Shown: positions 21,568-33,560 of the stretch, piece by piece
How positions within the stretch are numbered: position 1 is the first letter of the stretch
Layout of the letters: the number at the start of each line of letters is the position of its first letter
From: Candidatus Bathyarchaeota archaeon
GTDB taxonomy: Archaea > Thermoproteota > Bathyarchaeia > Bathyarchaeales > Bathycorpusculaceae
Direction: 5' to 3'
Length of the DNA: 64,000 bases
Assembly: GCA_963770935.1 (NCBI GenBank)
Contig: CAVYRJ010000008.1
Location: 1 to 64,000, forward strand
Made by a program: the position numbers and the translations under genes
Notes under the pieces: generated by a model
Told to the model about the DNA's origin: nothing
Database searches by the model: none
Seen by the model: the letters and a program-made list of their open reading frames with translations, nothing else

Positions 21568-23150
21568 ATGAAAATGAGAAAAGGCAAAAATACTAAGCAA
21601 AGCATCAAACTTCGCACAAAAAGCATTGAAAAAGCATTCAGCAATCTTCATGAAAAACAAATTCTTCATACTCGCAGGCATACTCGCAACATGCTTAGCC
21701 ACTCAGCGTAGGACAAGCATTCGCACAATCAACAGATCCACTTAACAAACACAAGCACCGCCGTAAGCATCGCTTGGACACTAGCCATGGGTGGCTTAGT
21801 CTGGTTCATGCAGCTCGGCTTCGCATTCCTAGGTGCAGGCTTCATTCGGCAGAAAAACCAGGTCAACTACTGGACAAAAAGCTACATTGACTTCAGCGTC
21901 GGTGTAGTCATCTTTGCATTAATCGGCTTCGCAATGATGTTCGGCGGTTCCGGCGCAAGCTTTCCCCACAGGAATCGACTCCAGCAGGCGCAGTAATCTA
22001 CACACCACTCGCAGGCTTAGACGGCGGCAACTCAATCATAGGCTGGAGCGGTTTTGCCCTCTTACCGGTGAAGCAGCAACCACGTTGACATTGGTGTACT
22101 TCTTCTGGCAAGCAGTCTTCGCAGCAACATCAGTCACAATCGTAGCAGGTATGGTTGCAGAACGACTGAAATTCCAAGCATACCTACTCTACACAGTACT
22201 GATCAACATCTTCATCTACCCAGTCTACGGCCACTGGGTCTGGGGTGGAGGATGGCTAGCAACATTACCCTTCGGTGTAGGTGTCAGAGACTTTGCAGGT
22301 TCAGGAGTCGTCCACGCAGTCGGTGGCTTCACAGGTTTAGCTGCATGCTGGCTTGTTGGACCAAGAATCGGCAAATACGGCAAAAACGGCGAAGTACGCA
22401 GCTTCGGCTACACCAACGTTCCATACATCGTTATGGGTACAATGGTTCTGTTCCTCGGCTGGTTCGGCTTCAACCCAGGCAGCACACTGAGCACGTTAGA
22501 CTTCGTAACGCCACTCGTAGCAGTCACAACTTACCTTGCAGGCGGTATGGGCGCAGTCATGGGTGTAGTAATCAGCTATCTTGACAGAAAACACTTCACA
22601 GGACCAGACATTCAGGCAGTATGCACAGGCGCATTAGCAGGTCTAGTCGCCGTCACAGCAGTCATGCGCTTACATTGATCCATGGGCAGCACTAATCATC
22701 GGCATCATCGCAGCACCACTAGCACTCTACGGCAACTTCTTCGTAGAACGCAAACTCAAAATTGACGATCCAGTTGGCGCATTCGGCATCCACGGACTCA
22801 ACGGCCTCTTCGGTTTACTCGCAGTCGGCCTCTTTGCAAACGGAACATACGGTGGCGTAAAAGGCATACTAATGAACGGTGCAGCAGGCGCAGGACAGTT
22901 AGCAGCACAGCTCGTTGACATGGCAGTCGTTGCAGGCTTCAGCTTCGGCATGGGCTTGCTCATCTTCGGCATGATCAAGTACACGATCGGACTGAGAGCA
23001 CCACACAAAGAGGAAATCAAAGGCTTAGACTTAAGCGAACACGGATTCAGCGCATACCCAGAAGTCGAGATGAAACCTGAAGCGAAAGAATGGGTAACTC
23101 CAGAATCCTTGACAAAGAAAAGGCAGCAAAGCGGAAGAAGACTAGCATAA
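21568..23150 (+). CDS. amt: Ammonium transporter Amt (copy 1, multiple frameshifts)
   Basis: [47 protein letters not shown]. Confidence 0.9.
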
Positions 23151-23260
23151 AGCAACCTCACTAACTAACTTTCCTCTTCTTTTCTTTTGTAAAATTTTCA
23201 AGTTTTACCAAGTATTCATTGATTAATTGTTCAGTTATTTTGGTTGACCTGCAATATTTC

Positions 23261-23305
23261 CAGTTTTTCATAAAAGTTATGAACAAATCACAACTACCCT
23301 TATAT
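23261..23305 (+). promoter_or_regulatory. Second copy of the 45-bp promoter/operator block
   Basis: Identical to 21487-21531; upstream of the permease gene. Confidence 0.75.
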
Positions 23306-23352
23306 CCAATGCGGATCATGCTCGGAAACAAAGACCGAGATTGTGATGACCA

Positions 23353-24607
23353 ATGCCATAGATGCACAAATCATAATTCTGCCAATATTCATAGCGTGCT
23401 ACGCGCTGGCATTAAGCCGCAAAGTCAAGCTTGCCTACGTATCCATCGGCTCCTGGCAGCCCTAATCATCATCGGCGTCGTCTCATGGCAAGACACCATC
23501 TTCAAAGCCATACAATGGGACGTGCTCGCCGTAATCTGGGGCTTCATGATGGTTTCCTTCATCTTCTCAGAAAGCAAAATGCCCGAACTCATCGCCAACA
23601 AACTCCTAACCCACATAAAAATCGAAAAATACGCACTCTTAGCACTCTGCACCGTTGCAGCTTTTCTCTCAGCGTTCATGGCAAACGTTGCAGTGCTCTT
23701 TCTGATGGCGCCTGTAGCGATTCAGATGGCACGAAAACTCGGTTCACCCCTTTTCCCCTACATAGTTTCAGTTGGTGTATGCGCAAACATGGTAACAACA
23801 ACCACTATGATTGCTGATCCACCAGCACTTATCTTAGCAATTCAAACTGGTATGACACCGCTTGATTTCTACTGGTTCCAAGGCAGAGTCGGCTTAGGTT
23901 CAATCACCATCGTCGGTGTCGTAGCTGCATTATTGACGCTTCTGGTTATCTTCCGAAAAATGAACAAGACAATAGAGATTGCTCCCGAAAAAATCCCCGT
24001 CACAAAACTGCCAACAATCCTCTTCGTTGTAGGTGTTGTCGTTTTGGCTTTAGCACCCGGATTGGACTAAGCTTAGGTTTGGTAGGTTTAGTAGTGGGCA
24101 TTGTTGCCTTAGTCATCGGTCGAAAAGATGCTAAACGCATGATTAAGGAGTTTGACTGGAACTCACTGATATTCCTCGCAGGCATATTCGGCGTCATCTA
24201 CACACTAACCTCTTCAGGTTTACTGGCTGACTTTGCTCAAGCCGTCGTAGCATGGGTATCAGACAACCCCAGCATACTTACTGGTCTTCCTAGTGTGGGT
24301 TTCAGTTGGAATATCCACGTTCATTGACTCATCCGCTTACACGGTTCTCATGATTCCAGTTGGCCAACAGTTAGCAGGGCTTTCAAACATGAGTGTTTGG
24401 CCACTGCTCTTTGGCACACTCATCGGCACAGGAAGCGGAAGCAACATCTTGCCCATGGGTGCAGCGACAAACGTGTTTGCCTGTGGCTTACTGGAAAAGA
24501 ACAGTTGTTTAGTCAGCACTAAAGAGTACATCAAAATTGGGTTACCTCTGTCAGTGGTTGCGGTGGCGGTTGCTAACGTGCTGCTGTGGATTTTCTGGGT
24601 AAGATAA
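23353..24607 (+). CDS. ArsB/NhaD/CitMHS (ion transporter superfamily) permease, frameshifted
   Basis: LSAFMANV, TMIADPP, FDWNSLIF, GSNILPMGAATNV. Confidence 0.8.
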
Positions 24608-24637
24608 AAGTAATTAAGGAACAGAAGGTGAACTAAA

Positions 24638-24950
24638 ATGTCTGAAAAAGCAATGCGAGCAAAAAAAGGCAAGAACTTCAAAGAAGTCATAGAGGAAGAA
24701 AAGAACAAGGGCAAAACAGTCAAAAAAATAATGCGTACACTGACAAGCCTTAACACTCTGTGATTTACGGTGGCTCCTTTCTGTTGGCTTTTGTTACAAT
24801 AGCTGTTGTACTCTATTTCTTGCTTGCGCCAAGCGTGTTTGTTTGGGCTGGGCTTCTTGTGGTGGCGGCGCTGGTAAGTTCACTGTTGGCTTCACGATAA
24901 CTAACGTTCTTAAGAAGAGTCAGTGGAAATATAAGAAGCCTATTACATTC
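24638..24950 (+). CDS. Small membrane protein with basic N-terminus (frameshifted)
   Basis: AGGTG-preceded ATG; MSEKAMRAKKG... then two hydrophobic helices in a shifted frame. Confidence 0.45.
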
Positions 24951-25270
24951 TTCAGCCTCAATTTTTTAGCCGGTTTTTTTATCTATTGTTTTTAGATTTT
25001 CATTGTGCAAATGTTGACTTTTGGATGTAGAGTGAACTTTTTTGTTTAGTGTTTGTTTGATCTGTTTTTGCTTGTTTTTTTGGATAAGTTTTGAGTTATT
25101 GCTAAATTCTGAGGTTGAATGGATGAGTGCAGTTAATTCGGGAGTTTTTTAAACATTCATTCATGAAAATGTTTCACATATTCCAAACGGATAATCTTAT
25201 ATACTTCTTTGAGATAAATGCCAGACAATACAACTAAATAACTAAACAATTGTCAAGAGGAAAAAGAAAA

Positions 25271-26539
25271 ATGGCATCAGGAGACATAGCATGGGTACTA
25301 ACTTCAACAGCCCTAGTCATGTTAATGACACCAGCATTAGGCTTCTTCTACGGAGGCTTAGTGCGCAAAAAAAACCTAGTGTCAACAATCGTTCAATGCT
25401 TCGTCATCTTCGCAGTCATAAGCATAGTCTGGGCACTCTGGGGCTACAGCCTCGTATTCGGACAATCCATCGGCGGAGTCATCGGCTTCAGCCCTGGCTT
25501 ACTTGGCATGGGCAGCCTAGGAATACACCGTAAACCCAGCACTTGCACCAGAAATCCCAGAATTACTATTCTTTGCATTCCAGCTAAAGTTCGCCGCCAT
25601 CACACCAGCCCTAATCATCGGTGCATGCGCAGAACGAATCCGCTTCAAATCACTACTCATCTTCATGGTACTCTGGTCAACCCTCATCTACGTGCCAATC
25701 GCACACTGGGTCTGGAACCCAGACGGCTGGCTAAAAGGCTTAGGCGCAATTGACTTTGCAGGAGGCATCGTCGTCCACGTTTCCGCAGGCTTATCCGCAC
25801 TGGCAGCAGCACTTGTCGTTGGCAGACGAAAAGGCTGCGCTATCCCATGGAAAAGCCACATGAAAGCAATCGACAAAAGACCACGCAACCGAATTCAAAC
25901 CCACCAACATCCCCTATGTACTGCTAGGTGCAGCGTTGCTGTGGTTTGGCTGGTTCGGCTTCAACGCAGGCAGCGCACTTGCAGCAAACGACTTAGCCGT
26001 CTCAGCACTCGTCACCACAAACCTTGCAGCAGCAGGAGCCGCAGTAAGCTGGATGCTTGCAGACTGGGTAATCAAAGGCAAACCATCCGCAGTAGGCATC
26101 GCAATCGGAGCAGTCGTTGGATTCGTCGCCATCACACCAGCAGCAGGCTACGTCAGCGTATCCTCAGCAATAATCATCGGCTTAGCAGCAGGAGTAATCT
26201 CCAACTTAGTGGCAAACTGGCGAGCAGGCAGATCAAGAATCGACGACACACTTAGACGTGTTCGCATGCCACGGCGTCGGCGGACTTTGGGGTTCAATCG
26301 CAACAGGCATATTCGCGTCAGCAGCAATCGGCGGCGTAAACGGCGCATTCTTCGGAAACCCAGGACAACTGGTTGCTCAGTTGATAGCAATTGCGGTGGT
26401 GGTGCCGTTTGCGTTCTTCGGCTCCTATCTGCTGCTGAAACTCGTAAACGTGTTCTCTCCGCTGCGTGTTAGCGAACAAGCGGAAGATGCAGGTTTGGAC
26501 CTAAGCGAGCACGGCGAAGAAGCCTATCAGTTGGAGTGA
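25271..26539 (+). CDS. amtB: Ammonium transporter AmtB-like (copy 2, frameshifted)
   Basis: [55 protein letters not shown]. Confidence 0.9.
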
Positions 26540-26796
26540 GAGCAAAATCAAAGCTCCATTTTTTCCCTTTTTTCAAATTTCAGACCGATTTGTAATTTGA
26601 CAAGTCAGCATTTTATCGTCTGTTTTTTGGACAATTTTGCTATTATAAGGCTTACTGTGAAAAATTATTGAATAAACTATCGTTTGCACGCTTAATATTG
26701 GACATTTATCAATATTTAGCTTGTAATCAATGCGAATGTATAGTTTAAATACAGGTTTCTCCAAAACTGTGGAACAACTAAACACTGAACAGGGAA

Positions 26797-28088
26797 ATGG
26801 ATGGTTCAAACTCAGCAGATATTGCATGGGTACTAATGTCAACAGCTCTTGTCATGTTGATGACTCCAGCGTTAGCCTTCTTCTACGGAGGCTTAGTCCG
26901 CAGAAAAAACCTTGTTTCAACCCTTGTACAATGCATCACCATCTTCGCTGTAGTTAGCTTCGTCTGGTTCTTCTGGGGCTACAGCCTCGTATTTGGCGCA
27001 AGCGTCGGCGGCGTCATCGGCAACCTGTCTCTTGCTGGCTTAAACGGCATAACCATAAACACCGTTAACCCCGCTTATGCGCCAGCAATTCCAGAAATGC
27101 TGTTCTTTGCGTTCCAACTAAAATTCGCAGCCATCACACCAGCCTTAATCATTGGTGCATGTGCTGAACGAATCCGTTTCAAGTCGCTGCTCATCTTTGT
27201 TGTTTTGTGGTCAACCTTGATTTATTCGCCTATTGCTCACTGGGTGTGGAATGTCAACGGCTGGCTACACAATTTGGGCGCGTGGGATTTTGCAGGCGGC
27301 ATAGTTGTACATGTTGCGGCAGGTTTGTCGGCGTTGGCTGCGGCTCTAATTGTTGGCAGACGAAAAGGCTGTGTTTACTGGAAAGACCAACTTAAAGCAT
27401 TAAACCGCAAAGAAGCTGAATATACCGGCGATGGGCACCGAGTTCAAACCCACAAACATCCCCTATGTAATTTTAGGCGCAGGACTGTTGTGGTTTGGCT
27501 GGTTTGGATTCAACGGCGGCAGCGCCTTAGCAGCAGACAACATCGCGGTTTCAGCTGTGGTAGCAACTAACTTGGCAGCGGCAGCAGCAGCGGTAAGCTG
27601 GATGATTCTGGATTGGGTAATCAAAGGCAAACCTTCAGCCATCGGCATCTCCGTCGGTGCAGTCTGCGGTATGGCGGCAGTTACGGCAGCTTCAGGCTAC
27701 ATTAACTTCACTTCAGCAGTCATCATCGGTTTAGCTGCAGGCATAATTTCAAACTTGGTGGCTAACTGGCGTGCTGGCAGATCAAGAATCGACGATACAC
27801 TAGACGTGTTTGCCTGCCACGGAATCGGCGGCATCATTGGCGCAGTAGCAGTCGGCTTGTTTGCAACAGCTGCAGTTAACCCTGCAGTGCAAGGGCTGTT
27901 CTATGGCAACCCTGCACAGCTTGGCATCCAAGTGCTGGCTGTAGTGGTTGTTGCAGCCTTCGCATTTGGCGGCTCTTATTTGCTGTTGAGACTGGTGAAT
28001 GTGTTTTCACCGTTGCGGGTAAGCCGAAGAGGAAGATGAAGGCTTAGACATGAGCCAGCACGGCGAAGAAGCCTACCAGCTCGAATAA
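26797..28088 (+). CDS. amtB: Ammonium transporter AmtB-like (copy 3, frameshifted); close paralog of copy 2
   Basis: Same motifs; [12 protein letters not shown]. Confidence 0.9.
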
Positions 28089-28485
28089 TGCTCTTTTTTG
28101 GTATCCTTAAAGTCCAAAAAAGTCTACTTAGAAGAGAATAAAGTCTTTCGGAAGTCCTTCTCCTCAAAACGAAAAAGCCTTTTGGTTAGTTAAGAAAGGA
28201 GACTGTGGAAAAAGTCAGTTTCGATTTTGAAATTTGCTCCATTGTTGCTAAAAATTGCTTAGCGCACCATTGATTTTTGGTGGCAAATCAGCAATTTTTT
28301 GAGAAGCAAATGAGTTATCACACAGCCTCAAAGTTTGACTTGGAGATGCGGATTTTGTCAAGAAAATTTGACAAAAAAGGTTTTATTTCTTGCCAAGTGC
28401 GTTCGATTGAGAACTAACATGAGTGAAAAAGTCAGTGGTTGTTTGCAAAGATATATGAATGTAAAAGTGGTATGGGCGTGTATGG

Positions 28486-30114
28486 GTGGGGTTGGGTATT
28501 AAACAGCGAACGGTTCTCTGTTTATCTATAGCTAGCCTCATTGCTGTGTCCGTTCTCAGCGTACTATATATTGAGCCAACCAGCTCCTGTTATGGACCCC
28601 ATATTACCTCACAAATAGACCGAACCCAACTAAACATAAACGAAACTGTCACGATATCGGGATTAGTGTGTCCAGCCGGAGAAAACAAAACCGTAAGAAT
28701 AGCCTTCACTAGACCAGACTACACTTGGATAGATACATTTGTGTTAACTGATCCTGTCACAGGCAATTTCTCTTTTACCCAGAAACTTGACATGGCTGGA
28801 TACTGGAACATTTTTCCCATTGATGGCCACATTTCAGACAGATTATTCGCGGAGGTAACAGACCCTTCCAACCCCGACGCGTCCCCTCCGCCCCCAAGTA
28901 TACCCCAAAACTACAAACCCAATTGGCGTCTTATTGGCATAAGCGTGGTTCTGTTATCTTTAGGTGGAATTGCGTTTTATTTTGGCATGCGAAATAAAAC
29001 AAGAAAAATAAGTTCTACACGTTTGTTTGTTCAAATTTTTTTAGTTTTCATTATTTTCTTCGGCGTCTTCGTCGACCACTATGGCTTTCCCAATCCTGCA
29101 GCGCAGATTGCTCCTCATGAAATCCCAATCGGAACCAATGTATTTGGAGTTGGAATGCCAGATGGGCTTCCAGCACCCTTCTTTGGTTGTTACTATCCGT
29201 GTGGAAGAACCGTAACATGCTCATTGTGGCAAATCCAAGCCTACATTTATCCCTTCTTTAACGTTGGCGGCGGTTGGGGAGTACAATACGACTCCACAGG
29301 CATTGCAAGGTTAGCATTGGTTTTCGGTGTAATCATTCTCTCCGCTGTGATTCTTGGAAGGTTCTGGTGCGGTTGGGTGTGCCCCTTCGGTTTGTACGTG
29401 GATTTGGTGTCTCGGCTACGGAAAGCTTTGAAGATAAAACACAGAAACTTCTCAGACAAGTTCAACGAGCGATTCCACCAATTAAGTTACCTCATCTTGG
29501 CGCTCCTCATAATCCTAAGTGTGGTTTTCGGGGCTGAAGCCATCGCAGGTACCCAACTTGTGGACGGCACCCAAAAAGGTGGAGTCGTCTACACTTACTA
29601 TTCAGCGCCATTTTGCCAAGTTTGCCCCATGAAGCCCTTTTGTATTTTAGCGGAAACTAGTGTGGGCTTAATGAAACCAGACTGGATAGTTCAGAATACA
29701 ACTGGGCAATTCTATCAAGTTGGCTTCTATATAACCTCCACAAACCTCATCATACTTGCAATAGTGACGGCAGCAGCTTTCTATTTCAGACGTTCATGGT
29801 GCAGAATCTGCCCACTTGGCGGGTTGATTGCAGTCTTTAACCGTTTTCCACCTTTCAAATGGATCTCAGGTGTACGCTTAAATAAGGTTGAAGAAAAATG
29901 CACAAAATGCGGCATCTGCAAACGGGTTTGCCCCACCCAGGTGAAGGAAGTCTATGAAAAAAGTGGCGATGTCGCCTCCTCTCAGTGCATCTTTTGTCTG
30001 CGTTGCGTTGAAATGTGTCCGTATGAGGATTGTTTGCAATTCAAGTTTGCTGGCAAAACAGTTTGTAGATCGAGGAATTGGTTAATTAAATCTGACAGCA
30101 TTAAAGGAGAATAA
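28486..30114 (+). CDS. NapH/MauN/NosR-like membrane polyferredoxin with an N-terminal extracellular Ig-like domain
   Basis: GRFWCGWVCPFG, FCQVCP, RSWCRICPLG, two CxxCxxCxxxCP motifs. Confidence 0.85.
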   Translation: MGLGIKQRTVLCLSIASLIAVSVLSVLYIEPTSSCYGPHITSQIDRTQLNINETVTISGLVCPAGENKTVRIAFTRPDYTWIDTFVLTDPVTGNFSFTQKLDMAGYWNIFPIDGHISDRLFAEVTDPSNPDASPPPPSIPQNYKPNWRLIGISVVLLSLGGIAFYFGMRNKTRKISSTRLFVQIFLVFIIFFGVFVDHYGFPNPAAQIAPHEIPIGTNVFGVGMPDGLPAPFFGCYYPCGRTVTCSLWQIQAYIYPFFNVGGGWGVQYDSTGIARLALVFGVIILSAVILGRFWCGWVCPFGLYVDLVSRLRKALKIKHRNFSDKFNERFHQLSYLILALLIILSVVFGAEAIAGTQLVDGTQKGGVVYTYYSAPFCQVCPMKPFCILAETSVGLMKPDWIVQNTTGQFYQVGFYITSTNLIILAIVTAAAFYFRRSWCRICPLGGLIAVFNRFPPFKWISGVRLNKVEEKCTKCGICKRVCPTQVKEVYEKSGDVASSQCIFCLRCVEMCPYEDCLQFKFAGKTVCRSRNWLIKSDSIKGE

Positions 30115-30115
30115 G

Positions 30116-31054
30116 ATGAAGAAAGCCTACATATGCAGAATAATGGTTTTCACCACTGTGTTATTTATTCTTTTTTCGATGCTTATTTCTGCTAAGCCAG
30201 CAAGTTCACAAGCGCAACTCAGAAACAATTTTCATCCTCCCAGACGGAACAGTAAATCCGTCAAATGTACCAATCCAGAACGACGGCAACGTTTACACTT
30301 TCACCGATAATGTCTATGACCCTATTCTCGTGCAAAAAAGCAACGTCACCATTAACGGCGCTGGCTATTCCTTGATTGGACCTCTCACTGAAGCAGAAAG
30401 GAAATCTGAACCAGTGTTAGGAGCAGGCCCAAACACCACGCTGCCTCCCTACATAATAGGTTTAGATTGTGAAAAAACTGTGAACGGCTTAACAATCAAG
30501 AACCTTAACGTCAAGAACTTTAATGTTGGGGTTTACATTCGAACAACAAGAAACACCTTAATTGACAATTCAGTTTCAGGAAACACAGTTGGCGTGTTGC
30601 TTTCGGGTTCAGCTAACAAAATCAATAGAAACTATGTTTTTGACAATGAAGAGGGGCTTTCTTTGGTTTTGAACAAATAAACGGTAGTGCAGCAAACATC
30701 CCCTCTGACATTGATATCAGCGAAAACAGCTTTGTCAATAATACATATCAACTCAGCGGCTGCATCTGCAAAGTGTACAATTTTAGTGAAGCGCTACATT
30801 CTTGGGATAATGGCAATAAAGGGAACTTCTGGAGCGATTATAATGGAACCGACGCAAATCACGACGGAATCGGCGACACCTACTATAAAATTGATGTACT
30901 AAACCAAGACCGTTACCCATTAATGCAAAGTATTGTGAATCCGCCCGTGCCATCAGCCAGAGTTACTTCAGAAGCAATAATCTTAGGTGTTTCAGCGGCT
31001 GTAATTGTGGCTCTTGCAGCGTTAGTTTATATGCGCAAAAGAAAGAATTTTTAG
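30116..31054 (+). CDS. NosD-like right-handed beta-helix surface protein with C-terminal TM (frameshifted)
   Basis: TINGAGY, parallel beta-helix repeats, WDNG.KGNFWSDY.G.D...DGIGD..Y...QDRYPL. Confidence 0.8.
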
Positions 31055-31719
31055 AGTTTTATTGAGTTACTGTATTATCCAATCGGGAATATTAGTCAAA
31101 TATGACAGATGAAATCGTCTCTCTCTTTAATGGGAGCGCAAAGTTAATCCGGGATAGCAACATAACCGCTGATAATCTCCCAAAATTAGAAATATTTTTT
31201 AATTCAGCAAACAAATCAAAAGCTTTTTTTAAAAAAAATAAGTCAGCACAAATTAGCGGTAGCCATAAAATTCTCAGTTATAATTGCTGTAGTTGTTTCG
31301 TTTACCTACAAGCTTAAACCTTGTTTTCTAAACCGCTAAACGATAAAGCAACATATTGCTTAATTTGAGCAGTTTTTAGTTTTAGAAAAATTTAAAGTTT
31401 TAAAAATGTTTATTCTTTTTTTCAATAAGCACTATGAAAGAGCGGTTGAAATAACGTTCTTTTTTTGGATATATTCCGATTCAAATAATACTATTTCTTG
31501 TTACATGTGTTTCAAAAAGAAATCTCCCTTTTATTCACTCTAAACACAAGTTCATCAAAGAAAGGTGACTATAGTGTTGAAAGTAAATCCAATTGTAGAG
31601 AAAAAAGAGTTCGCGGAACAGTGCCGAATAGCCCTCGAGAAAAGTTACGGCAAGCAAATTCCAATGCCAAAATGCGTAGGTAAAAAACATTGAAAAGTTT
31701 GATACAACGGTGGATTTTT

Positions 31720-31947
31720 ATGTTAAAAACTAAAGATGTTAAAGAATCTAAAAGTATTAGCGAGAAACCTAAAAAAAATGGGATGCAAGTTGCAACAAAA
31801 AAAGGTAGACAAAAGAGACTTTCAACTCAGGAATTTCTAAAAGGATATGATACAATTTATCAGTCAGGCCCCCAAGTTAAGTATCAGAACCCCGGACTTA
31901 GGGAAAGAGAACTCCAACTAATCAATAAAAAACCGGATCTATTTTGA
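31720..31947 (+). CDS. Small basic hypothetical protein
   Basis: ORF only. Confidence 0.35.
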   Translation: MLKTKDVKESKSISEKPKKNGMQVATKKGRQKRLSTQEFLKGYDTIYQSGPQVKYQNPGLRERELQLINKKPDLF

Positions 31948-32004
31948 CAACAGTACAAGCGCGATTATTGAATTAGAATTATTGTTTAAGGTGGTGACAA
32001 ACAT

Positions 32005-32298
32005 ATGAGCAAAGATCAAACAATAGGTGCAGTAATCGTTACGGCTTGCTTTATAGTTGCAATTGCCTACATTGGATTTCTCTTCTTTTATGAACCATAC
32101 CTCTCCCCATTTGTGAATTTAGGCTCTGGTGTTGATGTTCGTTTCTGGATAGTCGCCGCTCCAGTTGCCATAGCATTTGTAGCTATACTCGCAATCGGCT
32201 CATGGATAGGATACACAATGGCAACTACACCGCCACCTAAACCCATAGAAGAAATAGCGTCCATTACAGAAACAGAAAAACTACCAAACACAAACTGA
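32005..32298 (+). CDS. Conserved archaeal two-TM small protein
   Basis: MSKDQTIGA... and WIGYTMATTPPPKPIEEI signature; GGTG ribosome-binding site. Confidence 0.75.
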   Translation: MSKDQTIGAVIVTACFIVAIAYIGFLFFYEPYLSPFVNLGSGVDVRFWIVAAPVAIAFVAILAIGSWIGYTMATTPPPKPIEEIASITETEKLPNTN

Positions 32299-32310
32299 GC
32301 AAACCCTGCA

Positions 32311-32444
32311 GGCAAGGATGATCCGTTGAGATTGCATATGTGACTTAGCGCTTTATGCATTTTCCACTTGTTGCGTCATAATGGTTTGTGTCGCCGTAGT
32401 CGCATGTTTCGCAGTCATTTTTTATATCTTGCCCAAACGGGCAA
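32311..32444 (+). other. Long imperfect hairpin (putative structured RNA or 3' UTR element)
   Basis: Nested stems GGCAAG/CTTGCC, GATTGC/GCAGTC, ATATGTGACT/AGTCGCATGT with G-U pairs on the + strand. Confidence 0.45.
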
Positions 32445-33065
32445 CCCTTCAAATCAGCCATACTTAAACATCTCAAATGAAAGTATCTGCACATGTTTGT
32501 ATTATAAATCTGTTTTTAGAATTTAACGGGTTATTCTTCTGGGTTAGAGGGATGTACGCATCTTGTTTTTTTTTTGGTGGTGTAAGTTGTGTTTTATGTT
32601 TGGTTTTGAGGTTTGGGGTTTGTTTGGTTGTAGTAGTGGTTGTGGATGTGTCTTTGGTTGGTTGTTGGGGGTAATTTGGAGACTATTGGTGTATTTTTCA
32701 ACGTGGTTGTAACACTCATTGGTTATATTAACGAAAACCAAAAAGCCAATACTTCTCGGGAGCCGTGAACATGTTTGAGTGCGGAGATGGGAAGAGCGCT
32801 TTTTGAGACGTGTTTAACTTATAGATCAAGTTTGGTTGTGCCTTCGATCAAGTTTTAAAGTTTAAAGTTGCTTAAACTCCTGTTGTCCTCAGGAAACATG
32901 AGTTACCTGGTTTCTTGGCTTTGATTTGGTTTTAAATAATTATTGACTACTACTCGAATTGTTATTTAACCCGTAACAAGTCATTGAAGAATTGCTAATT
33001 TATATTCATAGCAAATATCGAAAAAGAAGGATTGTTTTTTGCAATTATCGGTAAACGATCTACAC

Positions 33066-33280
33066 TTAATTTAGAGATCTCTGAGTAACTTTTAATCCAA
33101 CATCTACTGCCAATTGCAGATTAGATTGCGATTTATTTAAAACTAAGAGCCTATTATCAAATGCTGTTACTAAGTCGTCTAAGAAAATGTTGCGCATTCC
33201 CACTGGCAGAAATTTAAGATCTTCGCTAAAAGCTTCAGATATCTTATTTTTCAAAGCCGTTCTATGTTTAGTTTTATGTT
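33066..33280 (-). CDS. Small hypothetical protein
   Basis: Amphipathic ORF (IFLDDLVTAFDNRL); 5' end uncertain. Confidence 0.5.
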
Positions 33281-33560
33281 TCAGTTAATTCTACCCCCGT
33301 TTCCTGGCGCTAAGTAATTATCCTCAGTATTTAAGTCACTTATGAATCAAAAATCCATATTATAATTGACAAAATAAGATTACCCCCTCTATGATCTGGC
33401 TAACCGATAGAGTTGTCATCGAGAATCCAGCTATAACAGATTAATTTCAAATAAAATTTTTCTTTATATTTCTAATTTTTATGTTTAAAAAAAGTCAATT
33501 CTTTGTGTAAGCTCACCTTGGCTAGTTTGATAGCTATTTGAAATCAATGGTTGAAATAAA

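Noticed and set aside
21487-23305. 45-bp direct repeat as a CRISPR repeat or transposon end
   Set aside because: Only two copies 1.8 kb apart, each at a promoter position; no spacers, cas genes or transposase.
32540-32720. Strongly G/T-skewed tract and its ORFs on both strands
   Set aside because: Low-complexity intergenic sequence with no periodic repeat; the ORFs are compositional artefacts.
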